A stretch of DNA of 64,000 nucleotides from IMG/VR virus record IMGVR_UViG_2900837372_000002, positions 5,767 through 69,766 of that record; one strand, 5' to 3'. The notes beneath the pieces were generated by a model. It was not told the origin of the DNA and did no database searches. It was given only the letters and a program-made list of their open reading frames with translations. The translations under genes and the position numbers were made by a program. Origin of the DNA: a virus. Below, piece after piece: positions 20,321 to 29,646 of this stretch (position 1 is the first letter of the stretch; each line of letters starts with the position of its first letter).

Positions 20321-20527
20321 TCAATAGATATACCACTCATGTTCATTCCATTGTTTACTAGTTAATTGGAGTTTTATCTTAGGGCTTTGTGCACTCTTTC
20401 CAAAAACTTGAGCGTCGTTTTTTTCTTCTAACCAAAAAAGGTAATTTCTTACATTCGGTACTAAATGTTTTTCCTGCATTTCTTCATGAAAAACATATAA
20501 TTCTGCTTCATTTTTCAACCAATTCAT
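20321..20527 (-). CDS. Hypothetical protein (68 aa)
   Basis: Co-oriented small ORF. Confidence 0.35.
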   Translation of the reverse strand: MNWLKNEAELYVFHEEMQEKHLVPNVRNYLFWLEEKNDAQVFGKSAQSPKIKLQLTSKQWNEHEWYIY

Positions 20528-20690
20528 TATTCATTCCCTCATTCACTTCTTCATACCGCCATTCAGATAGTGAGATTTCTTTTTGTTTCTCCACTTGTCC
20601 TATAAAAATCGCTGTATTCAACAAGCTGATCACACTTAATAATAAAGCAATGAAACTAATGGTTACACTTACTCTTTCACATTTTGTCAT
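20508..20690 (-). CDS. Small hydrophobic protein (60 aa)
   Basis: One TM helix. Weak coding evidence. Confidence 0.25.
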   Translation of the reverse strand: MTKCERVSVTISFIALLLSVISLLNTAIFIGQVEKQKEISLSEWRYEEVNEGMNNELVEK

Positions 20691-20703
20691 TTTGTTTCCT
20701 TCT

Positions 20704-21072
20704 TTACTCGTTTGTTATTTCTTGTAATAGGTCTAATAACTCCTTCACCGAAATTTGCAAATGGTTCGCAAAAATTTCAATAAAAGCACTCGCACACATT
20801 ACCAGACCTTCAACTGATATATCACTGCGACAATAAAATTCTGGAGAAACACTGATTTCTGATTCTTTCTTACAATTGAACGAAAAAACTATTTTTGAAT
20901 CAAATTCCGGTAATTCTTCCACAACTATGTTTTGGGATTCTACCAAGAAAGGGAGTGCCTGTTCTAATGCTTCTTCTGGTGTTTGAGCAGATAGAATAAT
21001 TGCTTCTTGTTCTTTTATTTCATTGTTCTCAAATACTTTATAACTTTTTTTCATTGTTAGTTCCTCTTTCAT
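20704..21072 (-). CDS. Small acidic hypothetical protein (122 aa)
   Basis: Glu-rich. RBS AGGAA. Confidence 0.45.
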   Translation of the reverse strand: MKEELTMKKSYKVFENNEIKEQEAIILSAQTPEEALEQALPFLVESQNIVVEELPEFDSKIVFSFNCKKESEISVSPEFYCRSDISVEGLVMCASAFIEIFANHLQISVKELLDLLQEITNE

Positions 21073-21079
21073 TCCTCTC

Positions 21080-21382
21080 TCAATTAGCTAAGCCGTTACT
21101 GGTACGCCATTCTCTAAATTTAGTATCGCTAATCCTTAATGCTCGTCGAATATCAATCATTCGATAACCTATTGCACGAAGTTCTTTATATCTTTTAGCA
21201 GTTAGCGTCTCTAACGTCATTTCAGGCAATGGGTTCGAATCAAAAATAGAATTCGAACCGATTATTTGGGCCAATTGTTGTACTTGTAACAGCTCTTCTG
21301 AACTTAATTCAGTGATTGCTCGATTGCCTATCATTGCATACATTTTCTGTCGAATATACTTCTTTTCTTGTTTAGACAACAT
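21080..21382 (-). CDS. Hypothetical protein (100 aa)
   Basis: Co-oriented. Basic C-terminus. Confidence 0.45.
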   Translation of the reverse strand: MLSKQEKKYIRQKMYAMIGNRAITELSSEELLQVQQLAQIIGSNSIFDSNPLPEMTLETLTAKRYKELRAIGYRMIDIRRALRISDTKFREWRTSNGLAN

Positions 21383-21384
21383 TT

Positions 21385-21618
21385 CTATCCACTCCTATTT
21401 TCATTATCATTTGTTACCTCCACTTCAGTAAATCCACAAATAAATGAATTCATATTCCAAGTACCATTCCCTTCAACTACAACTTTTCTCCTGTCCTCTT
21501 TCGGATATTCAAGAATCAGACCGTTTACCAATATGTTTTTCACTACTACTAATTTGTTTGTATACCGTGGAATTGCTGTTCCGATATACTTCACTTTATT
21601 TCCTACGCTAATTGTCAT
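21385..21618 (-). CDS. Hypothetical protein (77 aa)
   Basis: Tightly packed with the downstream ORF. RBS AGGAG. Confidence 0.4.
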   Translation of the reverse strand: MTISVGNKVKYIGTAIPRYTNKLVVVKNILVNGLILEYPKEDRRKVVVEGNGTWNMNSFICGFTEVEVTNDNENRSG

Positions 21619-23048
21619 TTCCTCACTCCTATTCTTTTTTATCCAAAACTTTTTCCTGTCCTATTCCTGCCAACGAATATACTTCACTGCATGCTTAAAC
21701 AAAACAAAATGTTGCCCTGTTTTATTTCCGTCTTTTACTTGTTCCACATACAGTTCATATTTGGTCACACCTTTTAAAACGCCAGATACTTTTTTTCATC
21801 CATTGTCACAATTAGTTTTTTCATCAATCGATTGATACTGCACTGCTCATTTTTCTTGTTCATATAGTATTCCTTTCTTTTTCAAAACTAGCCTCTTTTG
21901 TTTACTAGTTTTCATCAATCATCAACGATTTAACAGATTTTTTCTTTCGCAGGGTTTCTAGCGTCAGCAACCCCAAACTCTAAAAAAGTGCCTTTGCTCC
22001 CTTGAAAAACGAGCGGACGATTGTACTCGTCATCATATGTTTTTCATACTACCTGATCCACGCAAATAACCTTTTTTTGTTCTGTGCCACACCCATCCAT
22101 ACGTATCGCTTGAGATTCACCATACTTTTTTAGGTGGTTTATCCTTCCTAAGTCCCTGTTAGACACGCTGATTAACTTAGAAAGTCCTGTTTGTATCCAA
22201 TTTTCAAAGATCTCCCAAAAGAAATAAGTAGGTTTACGTGTATCGCTTCTGTTCAAAGTACCTGTTTGTACTTGAGTATTTCTACTCCCCTCGTTCAAGG
22301 GATTCCTTCCACCAGCTAGCTTTTCCTTTCATCATCAAATGTTCCTGAAAAGCATTTACGTTTCGTGTCCGTGTGCTTACTTATTCTTTTTTCGATAGCG
22401 ATTATCCGCTCGCTACTCGCTATTTTATACTTTGTTTGTTAGCTCAAATAAAAACTAACAAACAAAAAAGGCTAGTTTCTTTCCGTTTTATTTTTTTAAC
22501 TGTCGATAAATAGTTGTTAGTTTAATTCCAAGTTCTAAAACCAATACGCCCAACAAAACCACAGGAAAAACAATTGGGGCAAACAAGTAAAATCGGATAG
22601 TTTTCATGTCTTCCCTCTTTCTTTTTGGTGTCGCTGTGGTCGTTCTTGCCGTTCAATACTTCGATACATTTTTTATTCATTATTTGCTCGTTTTGTTTTC
22701 CTCTGGACTGCTTTTCTTGCTTTTTGAATACTTTATACGCTTTTCGTGCCTGAATTAATAGGTCTTGTCGGCGTTTCATTCGTGAGAAAACAATATTTGA
22801 AACCATCAAATCCTGGTTCGAACAACCACGATTCGCAATAATTTTCCCATCAAAAAAAATAGTTTTCACTTGAGAAAAAAACAGTTGGAAATCTTGTTTT
22901 GTTGCTAATTTTTTTGTCAAAATCACTGTGCTTTTCCCTGTTGAATCTACAATGATTCTTCGAACAATCCGATTCGATAACTTCCAACGTTGCCGATTAA
23001 ACAATGTTACTTCACAACAAATATGACGTAAGTGATTAGGGGTCATTT

Positions 23049-24164
23049 TCATGTGTCCAATTCCTCCAACCAATTATGCATCGAAATTTTGGGCAATTGT
23101 GACAGCCCATAAATCTGCGTTTCCAGGTCTTCATAACTACAAGAACGCTTGGCTTGAAGTAATGAATATTCTGCTTGATCTGATAGTTTTGTTGCCATTG
23201 GATCTAGATTCAATTCTCTTACACAACATTCCCAAAAATTCAATAGCGCTCTAAAATAAAATCCTTTTCGATTCTGAATTGCTTTTCCTTCATGACGAGC
23301 AATTTTTTCATTTTGAATACACCGTTGATACGTTTTGCTTAAATCTTCTGCAAATGTTTCCCCTAAAATTCGATACTCGCTTCCATCAGATAAACCATGT
23401 GTTTGATTATACTTTCGTTGCCGCTTTTCTATAATTCGTTTACTGTCGTATATCATGTTTAGCTGCTCTTTCGCTTCACGCCATTCAGCTGAACTGCGAA
23501 CAATCCATGTCAAAACATCTTTCGGAACAAACGTACTTTCGCTGTAATGAGCAATAAACTCTTTTTGCCAATCATCAGCCATTTCAACAGGACTAGTCGT
23601 ATCGATTTTTGTATCTAGATTTTCTGTATCTAGATTGTTAGAAGAATTATTAAATAATTGTGCAGAATTTTCACATGGATTTTTTTCGTCAAAATCATCG
23701 AAAATCGCTAAATTATCAACAGATTCCTCCTCTTCTTTTCCTTGTGCAGAATCTACACTGGTTGAGTCAACAGGACCTAATGAATACACATCATTTTCTG
23801 TCGTATCTAATTCTCCTAGATACAACCGAGCTTTGTTTCTTTTTCCTGTTTGTTGATCAAATCCCATATCCTCTATTTCTAGTAGCTCATATTCTTTCAA
23901 TTCTTTTTTGATTGTATTAACAGAACGTCTGCAACAATTCAATGCATTGGCTAATTCTTGTTCCGTAAATTCAAAATAAACAAAACCTTGACTATCTACT
24001 TGATTTCGTTGAATGGCTAAATCTAAGCGTGACCGAAAAACCATATACGCGATTTTTGCTTTATCAGACAATGAGCGATATTTTTCACTTGTAATAAATA
24101 CCTTTGGAAATTGATAGTATAATTCATTGTATTTACGAGTTGCGGTAAATCTTTTTGTTGCCAT
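23049..24164 (-). CDS. repA: RepA_N-family plasmid replication initiator
   Basis: 371 aa. N-terminal FPKVFITSEKYRSLSDKAKIAYMVFRSRLDL...FVYFEFTEQELANALNCCRRSVNTIKKEL matches the RepA_N fold pattern. Acidic, repeat-containing middle section. Confidence 0.7.
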   Translation of the reverse strand: MATKRFTATRKYNELYYQFPKVFITSEKYRSLSDKAKIAYMVFRSRLDLAIQRNQVDSQGFVYFEFTEQELANALNCCRRSVNTIKKELKEYELLEIEDMGFDQQTGKRNKARLYLGELDTTENDVYSLGPVDSTSVDSAQGKEEEESVDNLAIFDDFDEKNPCENSAQLFNNSSNNLDTENLDTKIDTTSPVEMADDWQKEFIAHYSESTFVPKDVLTWIVRSSAEWREAKEQLNMIYDSKRIIEKRQRKYNQTHGLSDGSEYRILGETFAEDLSKTYQRCIQNEKIARHEGKAIQNRKGFYFRALLNFWECCVRELNLDPMATKLSDQAEYSLLQAKRSCSYEDLETQIYGLSQLPKISMHNWLEELDT

Positions 24165-24169
24165 CGTTA

Positions 24170-24568
24170 TTACACCTCATCTTGTCCATATATTAAGAAA
24201 GAATTTTGGTGTTGGTAGACACGAACATCTTCCATTGTAGCAATCAATTCTTTTAGATAAATTCGACCGAATTCAATTGTTAGTAAGTCGTAATCTTCTA
24301 ATTCATTTTTGATTTCTTCAATTTCTTCTTCAGACACATTGAGTAAAATGGCTAATTCTTGATTGGTATAAGAAATATAGACATGTTTCTTTTCATCAAT
24401 CCGTTTTTCAATTAAGGATTCTTCTAAGTACTCATTCAGTAAGCTATAGGCGTATTTTGCTTGTGCAGTCATCGCATAATATTTTGACGATTTTATAAAG
24501 AATAGTTTTGGCATATGAAAAGTTGCTTGTGTCAGCACATCTGTTGCGCGAAATTTGTTTTTTACCAT
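24170..24568 (-). CDS. Short RepA_N N-terminal-domain paralog (132 aa from the internal start with RBS AGGAGG)
   Basis: HMPKLFFIKSSKYYAMTAQAKYAYSLLNEYLEES...YISYTNQELAILLNVSEEEI parallels the N-terminal domain of the adjacent repA. Confidence 0.45.
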   Translation of the reverse strand: MVKNKFRATDVLTQATFHMPKLFFIKSSKYYAMTAQAKYAYSLLNEYLEESLIEKRIDEKKHVYISYTNQELAILLNVSEEEIEEIKNELEDYDLLTIEFGRIYLKELIATMEDVRVYQHQNSFLIYGQDEV

Positions 24569-25058
24569 ATTTTTTCCTCCTAGAAAAACACGCAAAAAAA
24601 GCTCTGTATAAATCGAATTACACAGAGTTTCTTCTTGTTGATATTTAATTTCTAAAATACGTTTCGGGTAAAAACTAAACACTTACTAATATTTAGATTG
24701 TAGAATCTTCGCCTTCATTTATTCATTTTAAAGAGAAAAAGATCAAGTGAAATGTGCCCAAAAGTTTGATTCTATTAATTTTTAAACACCATTCATAATA
24801 TATTTCCTATAATGTAAAAAGCGTCGATACTTATTAAAGCATCGACGTTATTTTTATAGTAAATTTATCAAAATTTTTGCCAACATTTTTTCCGATTTTT
24901 TTCCCTATTTCTATCTTTCCTTATCTTTCTTAGTTAATATTATTTGATGTTAATATATCACTACTAATATTAAAAAACATTGATTTATCATAGGATAAAG
25001 AGTGATAGTTTAATACTTAAAGAGACATATTAATTTTATTTAAAAATTGACATTAATG

Positions 25059-25119
25059 ACTCTTAATCAGCGGGTCGCGGGTTCGAGCCCCTCACGGCCC
25101 ATTGGGTGCCAAACCCACG
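25059..25119 (+). repeat. attL: 61-bp direct repeat (tRNA-Lys(CTT)-like 3' fragment)
   Basis: Identical to 62828-62888. Contains a GGTTCGAGCCC T-loop-like motif. Confidence 0.8.
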
Positions 25120-25185
25120 TCATCAGTACATCTTTGGCTACTTCGGTAGTTTCGAAAAAGATGTACGTGATGACATTTTTTATAT
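25120..25185 (+). terminator. Rho-independent terminator-like hairpin downstream of attL
   Basis: TCATCAGTACATCTTT...AAAGATGTACGTGATGA hairpin followed by a T-run. Confidence 0.45.
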
Positions 25186-25627
25186 TTCGGGTATGAAATT
25201 CGGGTATGTATTTTAGTTTTTTAATTTTTAATAACAATAAAAAAGCACTCAAATTGAGTGCTTTTTTTAAGTTCACTATCACTAAAACTATCACTAGTTT
25301 CATTTTAAAGCAAACATGTTTCTATCACTGATTTTTTAAATCTAGCGACAAATCCTTATTTTACAGGCGTTCGTTCAATTCTTTAGCAAGGTCTTCAAAT
25401 CCTGGTTTGCCTAGAAGTGCGAACATGTTTTTCTTATGAGAACCACCCTTTTCATTTGTTCTAAAGATATATAAATGTTGATACATCAATGTTTATTCTT
25501 ATTTTTCTATTTACATAAATTTCGTCGTTTTTGATAAATGGGTACTAGTTTGGGTACCGGTTGCTACCCTATTTTTATCCTTTACAAAACAAACATTAGT
25601 TCGTATACTTTCGTTGAGGTGAAAAAC

Positions 25628-25933
25628 ATGACAATCGAGCTAGAGGAACATCTGCTTTGGTTTAAATACGATCCATCAGAAAAATTTGTCAAAGATTTAT
25701 ATAAAGTCTGGGATACTGAAGTAGTCTTTTTAGCAATTGAAACTAGCCTGCTAGTCAATCTCCATTATTCTAATAAGAACTACTTTAAAATTCCTGCTGT
25801 GAAAACGAGAATGAAGAAGGGTGTATACTTTTTGTTTGATATCGTGACTGACGTGCCGGACGCACGTAGCGATCATCGGCGTTATGACTATATAAAGTAT
25901 ACTTTCGTTGATCCAGAAAGGTATAAAGATTAA
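25628..25933 (+). CDS. Hypothetical phage accessory (moron) protein (101 aa)
   Basis: RBS GAGGTG 7 nt upstream of the ATG. Plus strand, opposite to the structural genes. Sits between attL and the lysis cassette. Confidence 0.45.
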   Translation: MTIELEEHLLWFKYDPSEKFVKDLYKVWDTEVVFLAIETSLLVNLHYSNKNYFKIPAVKTRMKKGVYFLFDIVTDVPDARSDHRRYDYIKYTFVDPERYKD

Positions 25934-26446
25934 AGTAGGCTACCTAAAAAGGTAGCCCGGAACGAATTTTATCACCATACTTGTGAAAGGAGATATTTTT
26001 TAAGTTAGTATTAAGATTGTGTAATATGATGATATCTATATTTTATAGTATCAGTGCTATAAAATCAAAAATAAGTCACTAATTAACTACCACTCCAATT
26101 GTAAGCCTTTTTTCTCACTTTTTTTCAAAAATATGGTATGCTTTTTAATGGCTTCAAATATAAAAGAGTTTAAAGCGTAACACACTTATGGGGAAGTGGT
26201 TTGGGGTGCGCTTTAAACTCTTCTTTATTATTATCTCACAATTTAACCCAAATGTCTTTCTATTTAAAAATCAAAGTAAAACTTTTCAAATATACAGAAG
26301 TATAACTATGTGAAACATCCTTTCATTAATCCATAAAAGGATACATAAAAAAGCCACTCATTTGAGTGGCAATGAAGAAAAGCTTTAGCTTGTATAATAC
26401 TCTTCAAAAAAATTCTAACACAGAACGATTCAAATGGCTACGTTAA

Positions 26447-26520
26447 TGTACCCTGTAGGACTCGAACCTACGACCGGACGGTTATGAGCCGTCTGCTCTG
26501 ACCAACTGAGCTAAGGGTAC
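26447..26520 (-). tRNA. Phage-encoded tRNA with CAU anticodon (Met, or lysidine-modified Ile2)
   Basis: rc gives GTACCCTTAGCTCAGTTGGTCAGAGCAGACGGCTCATAACCGTCCGGTCGTAGGTTCGAGTCCTACAGGGTACA. Clean cloverleaf: acceptor GTACCCT/AGGGTAC, anticodon arm GACGG-CTCATAA-CCGTC, T-arm GTAGG-TTCGAGT-CCTAC. Confidence 0.85.
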
Positions 26521-26709
26521 TGGTTGTTGCCACATAAAGCCATAAACAATCAACCAGTAGAATGTGTGGCAACAAACCTGTTATCGCATAGCTTGGAGTG
26601 TGACTATTTATGGGTGATAGTGAAGATATGCGATAACATCACTATTTTATCGAATAATTTTTATAGTTGTCAATATAGTTATGTACTGCTCCTCAACGAG
26701 GAGCTATTT

Positions 26710-27720
26710 TTATCGTTTAGGAATATTTAAATACCAACGTTTGTCATGGAAATCTTGCGCACCGCCTTTAGTGTTTCCTTCTGGATCATTCGTTGCCCGC
26801 ATCATGACGTATACTTTCTTATTAGGGAAATTGCGCATGTTAAAAGATACATGATAGCCAACGTTTCCAGAGGTATTATAAGCTTGATTTACATCCGGTC
26901 TATAAATTCCATCAGCTCTTACTCGAGCTAATTCTTTCCCAGTATTGTAGTCCATAATGAAAATATACTCGTATTTATAGTTAGCGATGTGCCATCCAGC
27001 GACGTGTAAGTTCGCATTTTCGATTTCTCCAAACTGATCAATGTGAGAATGGTTCGTTCCATCTGATAAAGTTGGATTTGCTGCACCTGCTCGGGTTGGA
27101 TCAATGACAGGCTTGTTCTCAGAAGTCGTTGGGTTTTCGTCTGTAAATCCATGAGCTAAATCGTAAGCCAGTTTTTCCTTACTTACACCCATTTCTGATA
27201 AGTATCCATACGGATCAGTGTGATCGCCCCAAATGTTTTGAGTTACCCATAAATGTGATTTGATTCCTGGTTGATTATACGGTGTGTCTAATGTAAGTGG
27301 AATACCGTATTTATTAGCGGAATCTCTCGCTAATTCAACATATGCCTTGTAGTTCTTTTCAAACGTTACTTTATCGTGCGTATGTTGCAGTTCGATTTGC
27401 ACAGGACTATTTGCATTAGCATATGAACCAGCGCCATATTGTACATAACCAGGTTGTCCAACTTGGTAAACGATCCCACCATCGCCAACAATATACGCTG
27501 TATAGGCATTGTACCAAGAACGTTTCATGTACTGCGCTTCATTTCGTCCTGTCGCAGTTTCGTTTGCTGTTTCATGCAATAGGATGTATTGGTTATTTGC
27601 TACTTGAGAACTACCTTCGTTTGCGCCCAAATTGAATTCATTGTTGATCGAGTAAGCAAAGGCGTTTATTGGCAATAAAAAAAGAGCTATAATAGCTCCT
27701 ACAAAGATTTTCTTTTTCAT
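26710..27720 (-). CDS. Endolysin (secreted peptidoglycan hydrolase, probably amidase-type catalytic domain plus C-terminal cell-wall-binding domain)
   Basis: 336 aa. Directly downstream of and overlapping the holin. Sec-type signal peptide MKKKIFVGAIIALFLLPINAFA. Catalytic class not resolved by eye. Confidence 0.7.
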   Translation of the reverse strand: MKKKIFVGAIIALFLLPINAFAYSINNEFNLGANEGSSQVANNQYILLHETANETATGRNEAQYMKRSWYNAYTAYIVGDGGIVYQVGQPGYVQYGAGSYANANSPVQIELQHTHDKVTFEKNYKAYVELARDSANKYGIPLTLDTPYNQPGIKSHLWVTQNIWGDHTDPYGYLSEMGVSKEKLAYDLAHGFTDENPTTSENKPVIDPTRAGAANPTLSDGTNHSHIDQFGEIENANLHVAGWHIANYKYEYIFIMDYNTGKELARVRADGIYRPDVNQAYNTSGNVGYHVSFNMRNFPNKKVYVMMRATNDPEGNTKGGAQDFHDKRWYLNIPKR

Positions 27721-28136
27721 TTGGTTCCTCCTCGGTCTTTATTTTCAGTATCATTTCGTATTTGTTGGAATACCTCTTTTAACTTATCTGGCAAAGGAAG
27801 GAATACCGAAATGTTTTCTAAAAAACTAATCCCTTCATTTGCAACATAGAACATAATAACTATTTCTCTTAGAGGTATAGAATTCCCAACGATTTTCTGT
27901 ACGTCAACCGCAACGGCAATCACAACGAAGATTAAGACTTTCTTCAACAATCCTTCGAAACCTATCTCACTACTTATTTCTTTCAATTTCCATGCCTTAG
28001 CAAGTCCAGTTAAGAAGTCCACACCCACAAGAAAAATTAAAACATGTAGTATATTGTCCATCCCTCCCAATAAACCAACAATTGTCCCGCCTATCACCCC
28101 TGTCATTACTGAGAGTGTATTTAAATATTTTTCCAA
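27717..28136 (-). CDS. Holin
   Basis: 139 aa. Three hydrophobic helices and a charged C-terminus. Overlaps the endolysin start by 4 nt (ATGA). Confidence 0.7.
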   Translation of the reverse strand: MEKYLNTLSVMTGVIGGTIVGLLGGMDNILHVLIFLVGVDFLTGLAKAWKLKEISSEIGFEGLLKKVLIFVVIAVAVDVQKIVGNSIPLREIVIMFYVANEGISFLENISVFLPLPDKLKEVFQQIRNDTENKDRGGTK

Positions 28137-28205
28137 TATCTATTTCTCCTTTATGCAAAGAAGCGCACTCGTTTGAGTACGCTTTTTATTTAACTTTGTG
28201 CTTAA

Positions 28206-28346
28206 TTAAATTTCATTTCCAGTAATCTGCTTATATTGGTCTTTTGTTAAACAGTTCATGTTTACATAGTCAAGTAAATCTTGGTCCGTATAACATCCCC
28301 AATCATAAAATTGTTTTATATTTTCAAAGCCCGGAAAACTATTCAT
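28206..28346 (-). CDS. XkdX-like small phage protein (46 aa; below the ORF-track cutoff)
   Basis: MNSFPGFENIKQFYDWGCYTDQDLLDYVNMNCLTKDQYKQITGNEI matches the XkdX pattern (F..W..YT.D....V......YxxIT). RBS GGAGGG. Confidence 0.45.
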   Translation of the reverse strand: MNSFPGFENIKQFYDWGCYTDQDLLDYVNMNCLTKDQYKQITGNEI

Positions 28347-28687
28347 TACTTTTCCCTCCATTCTTAATACTTGCGACTTCCATCGTCAATTGAGCTAACA
28401 TTTGTTGCATTTTTTCTTGTTCCTGTACCGATATCGCCAATTGTTTTGTCAGTAGAGCATTTAATTGCTTCAACTGATCGACATCTTCAATATCGTCAAC
28501 CGCTGTGCCACTCTTCTCTTCTTCAGTAGCTAACTCAACCCACTGTTTTTTATCAAAATCAAATCTTGGTCTCCAGTTAGGAACTGGTGGTTTAATCTCT
28601 GTACAGTTTTCAGGGATATTTTCTTGATTGTTCAAAATGATTTGCTCGAATCCGTAAGGCTTGATTGATTTGTAAACTACTTTCATT
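28339..28687 (-). CDS. Hypothetical tail-fibre-associated protein (XkdW-position); internal start of ORF 28339..28797
   Basis: Position between the tail-fibre genes and XkdX. C-terminal coiled coil. Confidence 0.4.
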
Positions 28688-28699
28688 AGATTTCCTCCC

Positions 28700-29194
28700 T
28701 TAAATTGAATAAGTGATAACAAATGAATAAGCTGATCCATAACTTGAATTTCTTCTCCATTTAATGGCTCCGTCTGCGCCAATAGATAGTTGAGCACTGT
28801 TCAAAGTAGAACGGTCTATTGACCCAACCAGTTGTTCAAAACTAATTGGTGTCCGATAGCCTTCTGGAACAGTTAAAATAACCGAATCATTCCCGCCACT
28901 ACTTTTTCCGTTTAAAGCCACAAAATATATAGAAACTGTTTTTCCTTCACGATAAAGCTTTGCTGTCCCTGTATTACCGTTAGTGACAACCAGATTTACC
29001 ACTTCATATCTGTTATCATCAGTCGTCAAAACACGTTTATTATTGATTGTTACAGAACCTGAAAAATTCTTATGTCCTGCAATGGCTTGGTCTCCATCTG
29101 TCTGCACCAATGCTTCTTTACCATCAATAGCTTTTACATGCGTTTTTAAGTATTTAGCAACTCCGTCTTCTTTTAATTGAACAATATCAGCCAT
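28700..29194 (-). CDS. Tail fibre/baseplate-associated protein (164 aa)
   Basis: Beta-rich. Follows the collagen-like fibre gene. Confidence 0.45.
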   Translation of the reverse strand: MADIVQLKEDGVAKYLKTHVKAIDGKEALVQTDGDQAIAGHKNFSGSVTINNKRVLTTDDNRYEVVNLVVTNGNTGTAKLYREGKTVSIYFVALNGKSSGGNDSVILTVPEGYRTPISFEQLVGSIDRSTLNSAQLSIGADGAIKWRRNSSYGSAYSFVITYSI

Positions 29195-29643
29195 TAAACC
29201 GTCCCCACTTTCTCAAATGTAATATTGGCTAATCCATCAAGTTTCACTTTATCGGTTGCTGACATTAAACCTGCTGTCGTAGTTGTAGCATTACCTGGAT
29301 TTTTCTGTGCTCCAGCTGCAATTCCATCCAACTTAGTTTTATCTGTGGACGACATCAACCCATTTGCTGTAGTTGTAGCTACAGCTGTAGTTGTGGCATT
29401 TATTCCAGGATCACCTTTATCTCCCTTTGGTAAAACAAAATTAAATCTAGCTGCAGATGATGTTCCTACATTCGTAACAGAAGCGGTTGAACCACTAGAA
29501 ACGGTTCCTATGGTAATTGTTGCTGCTTGGCCAGGATCGCCTTTATCTCCCTTCACCGTTGTTGGTTTGCCTTCTATAGCATTCCAATGAGTTTGTGGAT
29601 AAACCTGTACATTGCTTTGTTTTATTTTTACGATATCTGTCAT
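29194..29643 (-). CDS. Collagen-like repeat tail fibre protein
   Basis: KGDKGDPG collagen-triplet repeats occur twice. Thr/Ala-rich. Confidence 0.55.
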   Translation of the reverse strand: MTDIVKIKQSNVQVYPQTHWNAIEGKPTTVKGDKGDPGQAATITIGTVSSGSTASVTNVGTSSAARFNFVLPKGDKGDPGINATTTAVATTTANGLMSSTDKTKLDGIAAGAQKNPGNATTTTAGLMSATDKVKLDGLANITFEKVGTV

Positions 29644-29646
29644 TCT

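Noticed and set aside
22044-23073. ORFs 22044..22298 and 22522..23073 downstream of repA
   Set aside because: No convincing RBS. Composition is atypical. They lie in the degraded non-coding stretch. They were kept out of the feature list, although 22522..23073 could be a real C-terminally hydrophobic protein.
25059-25119. att repeat as a tmRNA (ssrA) 3' end or as a complete tRNA
   Set aside because: tmRNA-type 3' ends differ after the T-loop. No 5' acceptor strand, D-arm or 5' anticodon-stem strand exists upstream of either copy. Only a tRNA 3' fragment is supported.
25067-25303. Minus-strand ORF across the att repeat
   Set aside because: Spans the 61-bp repeat and the terminator hairpin. 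No RBS. Low-complexity hydrophobic translation.
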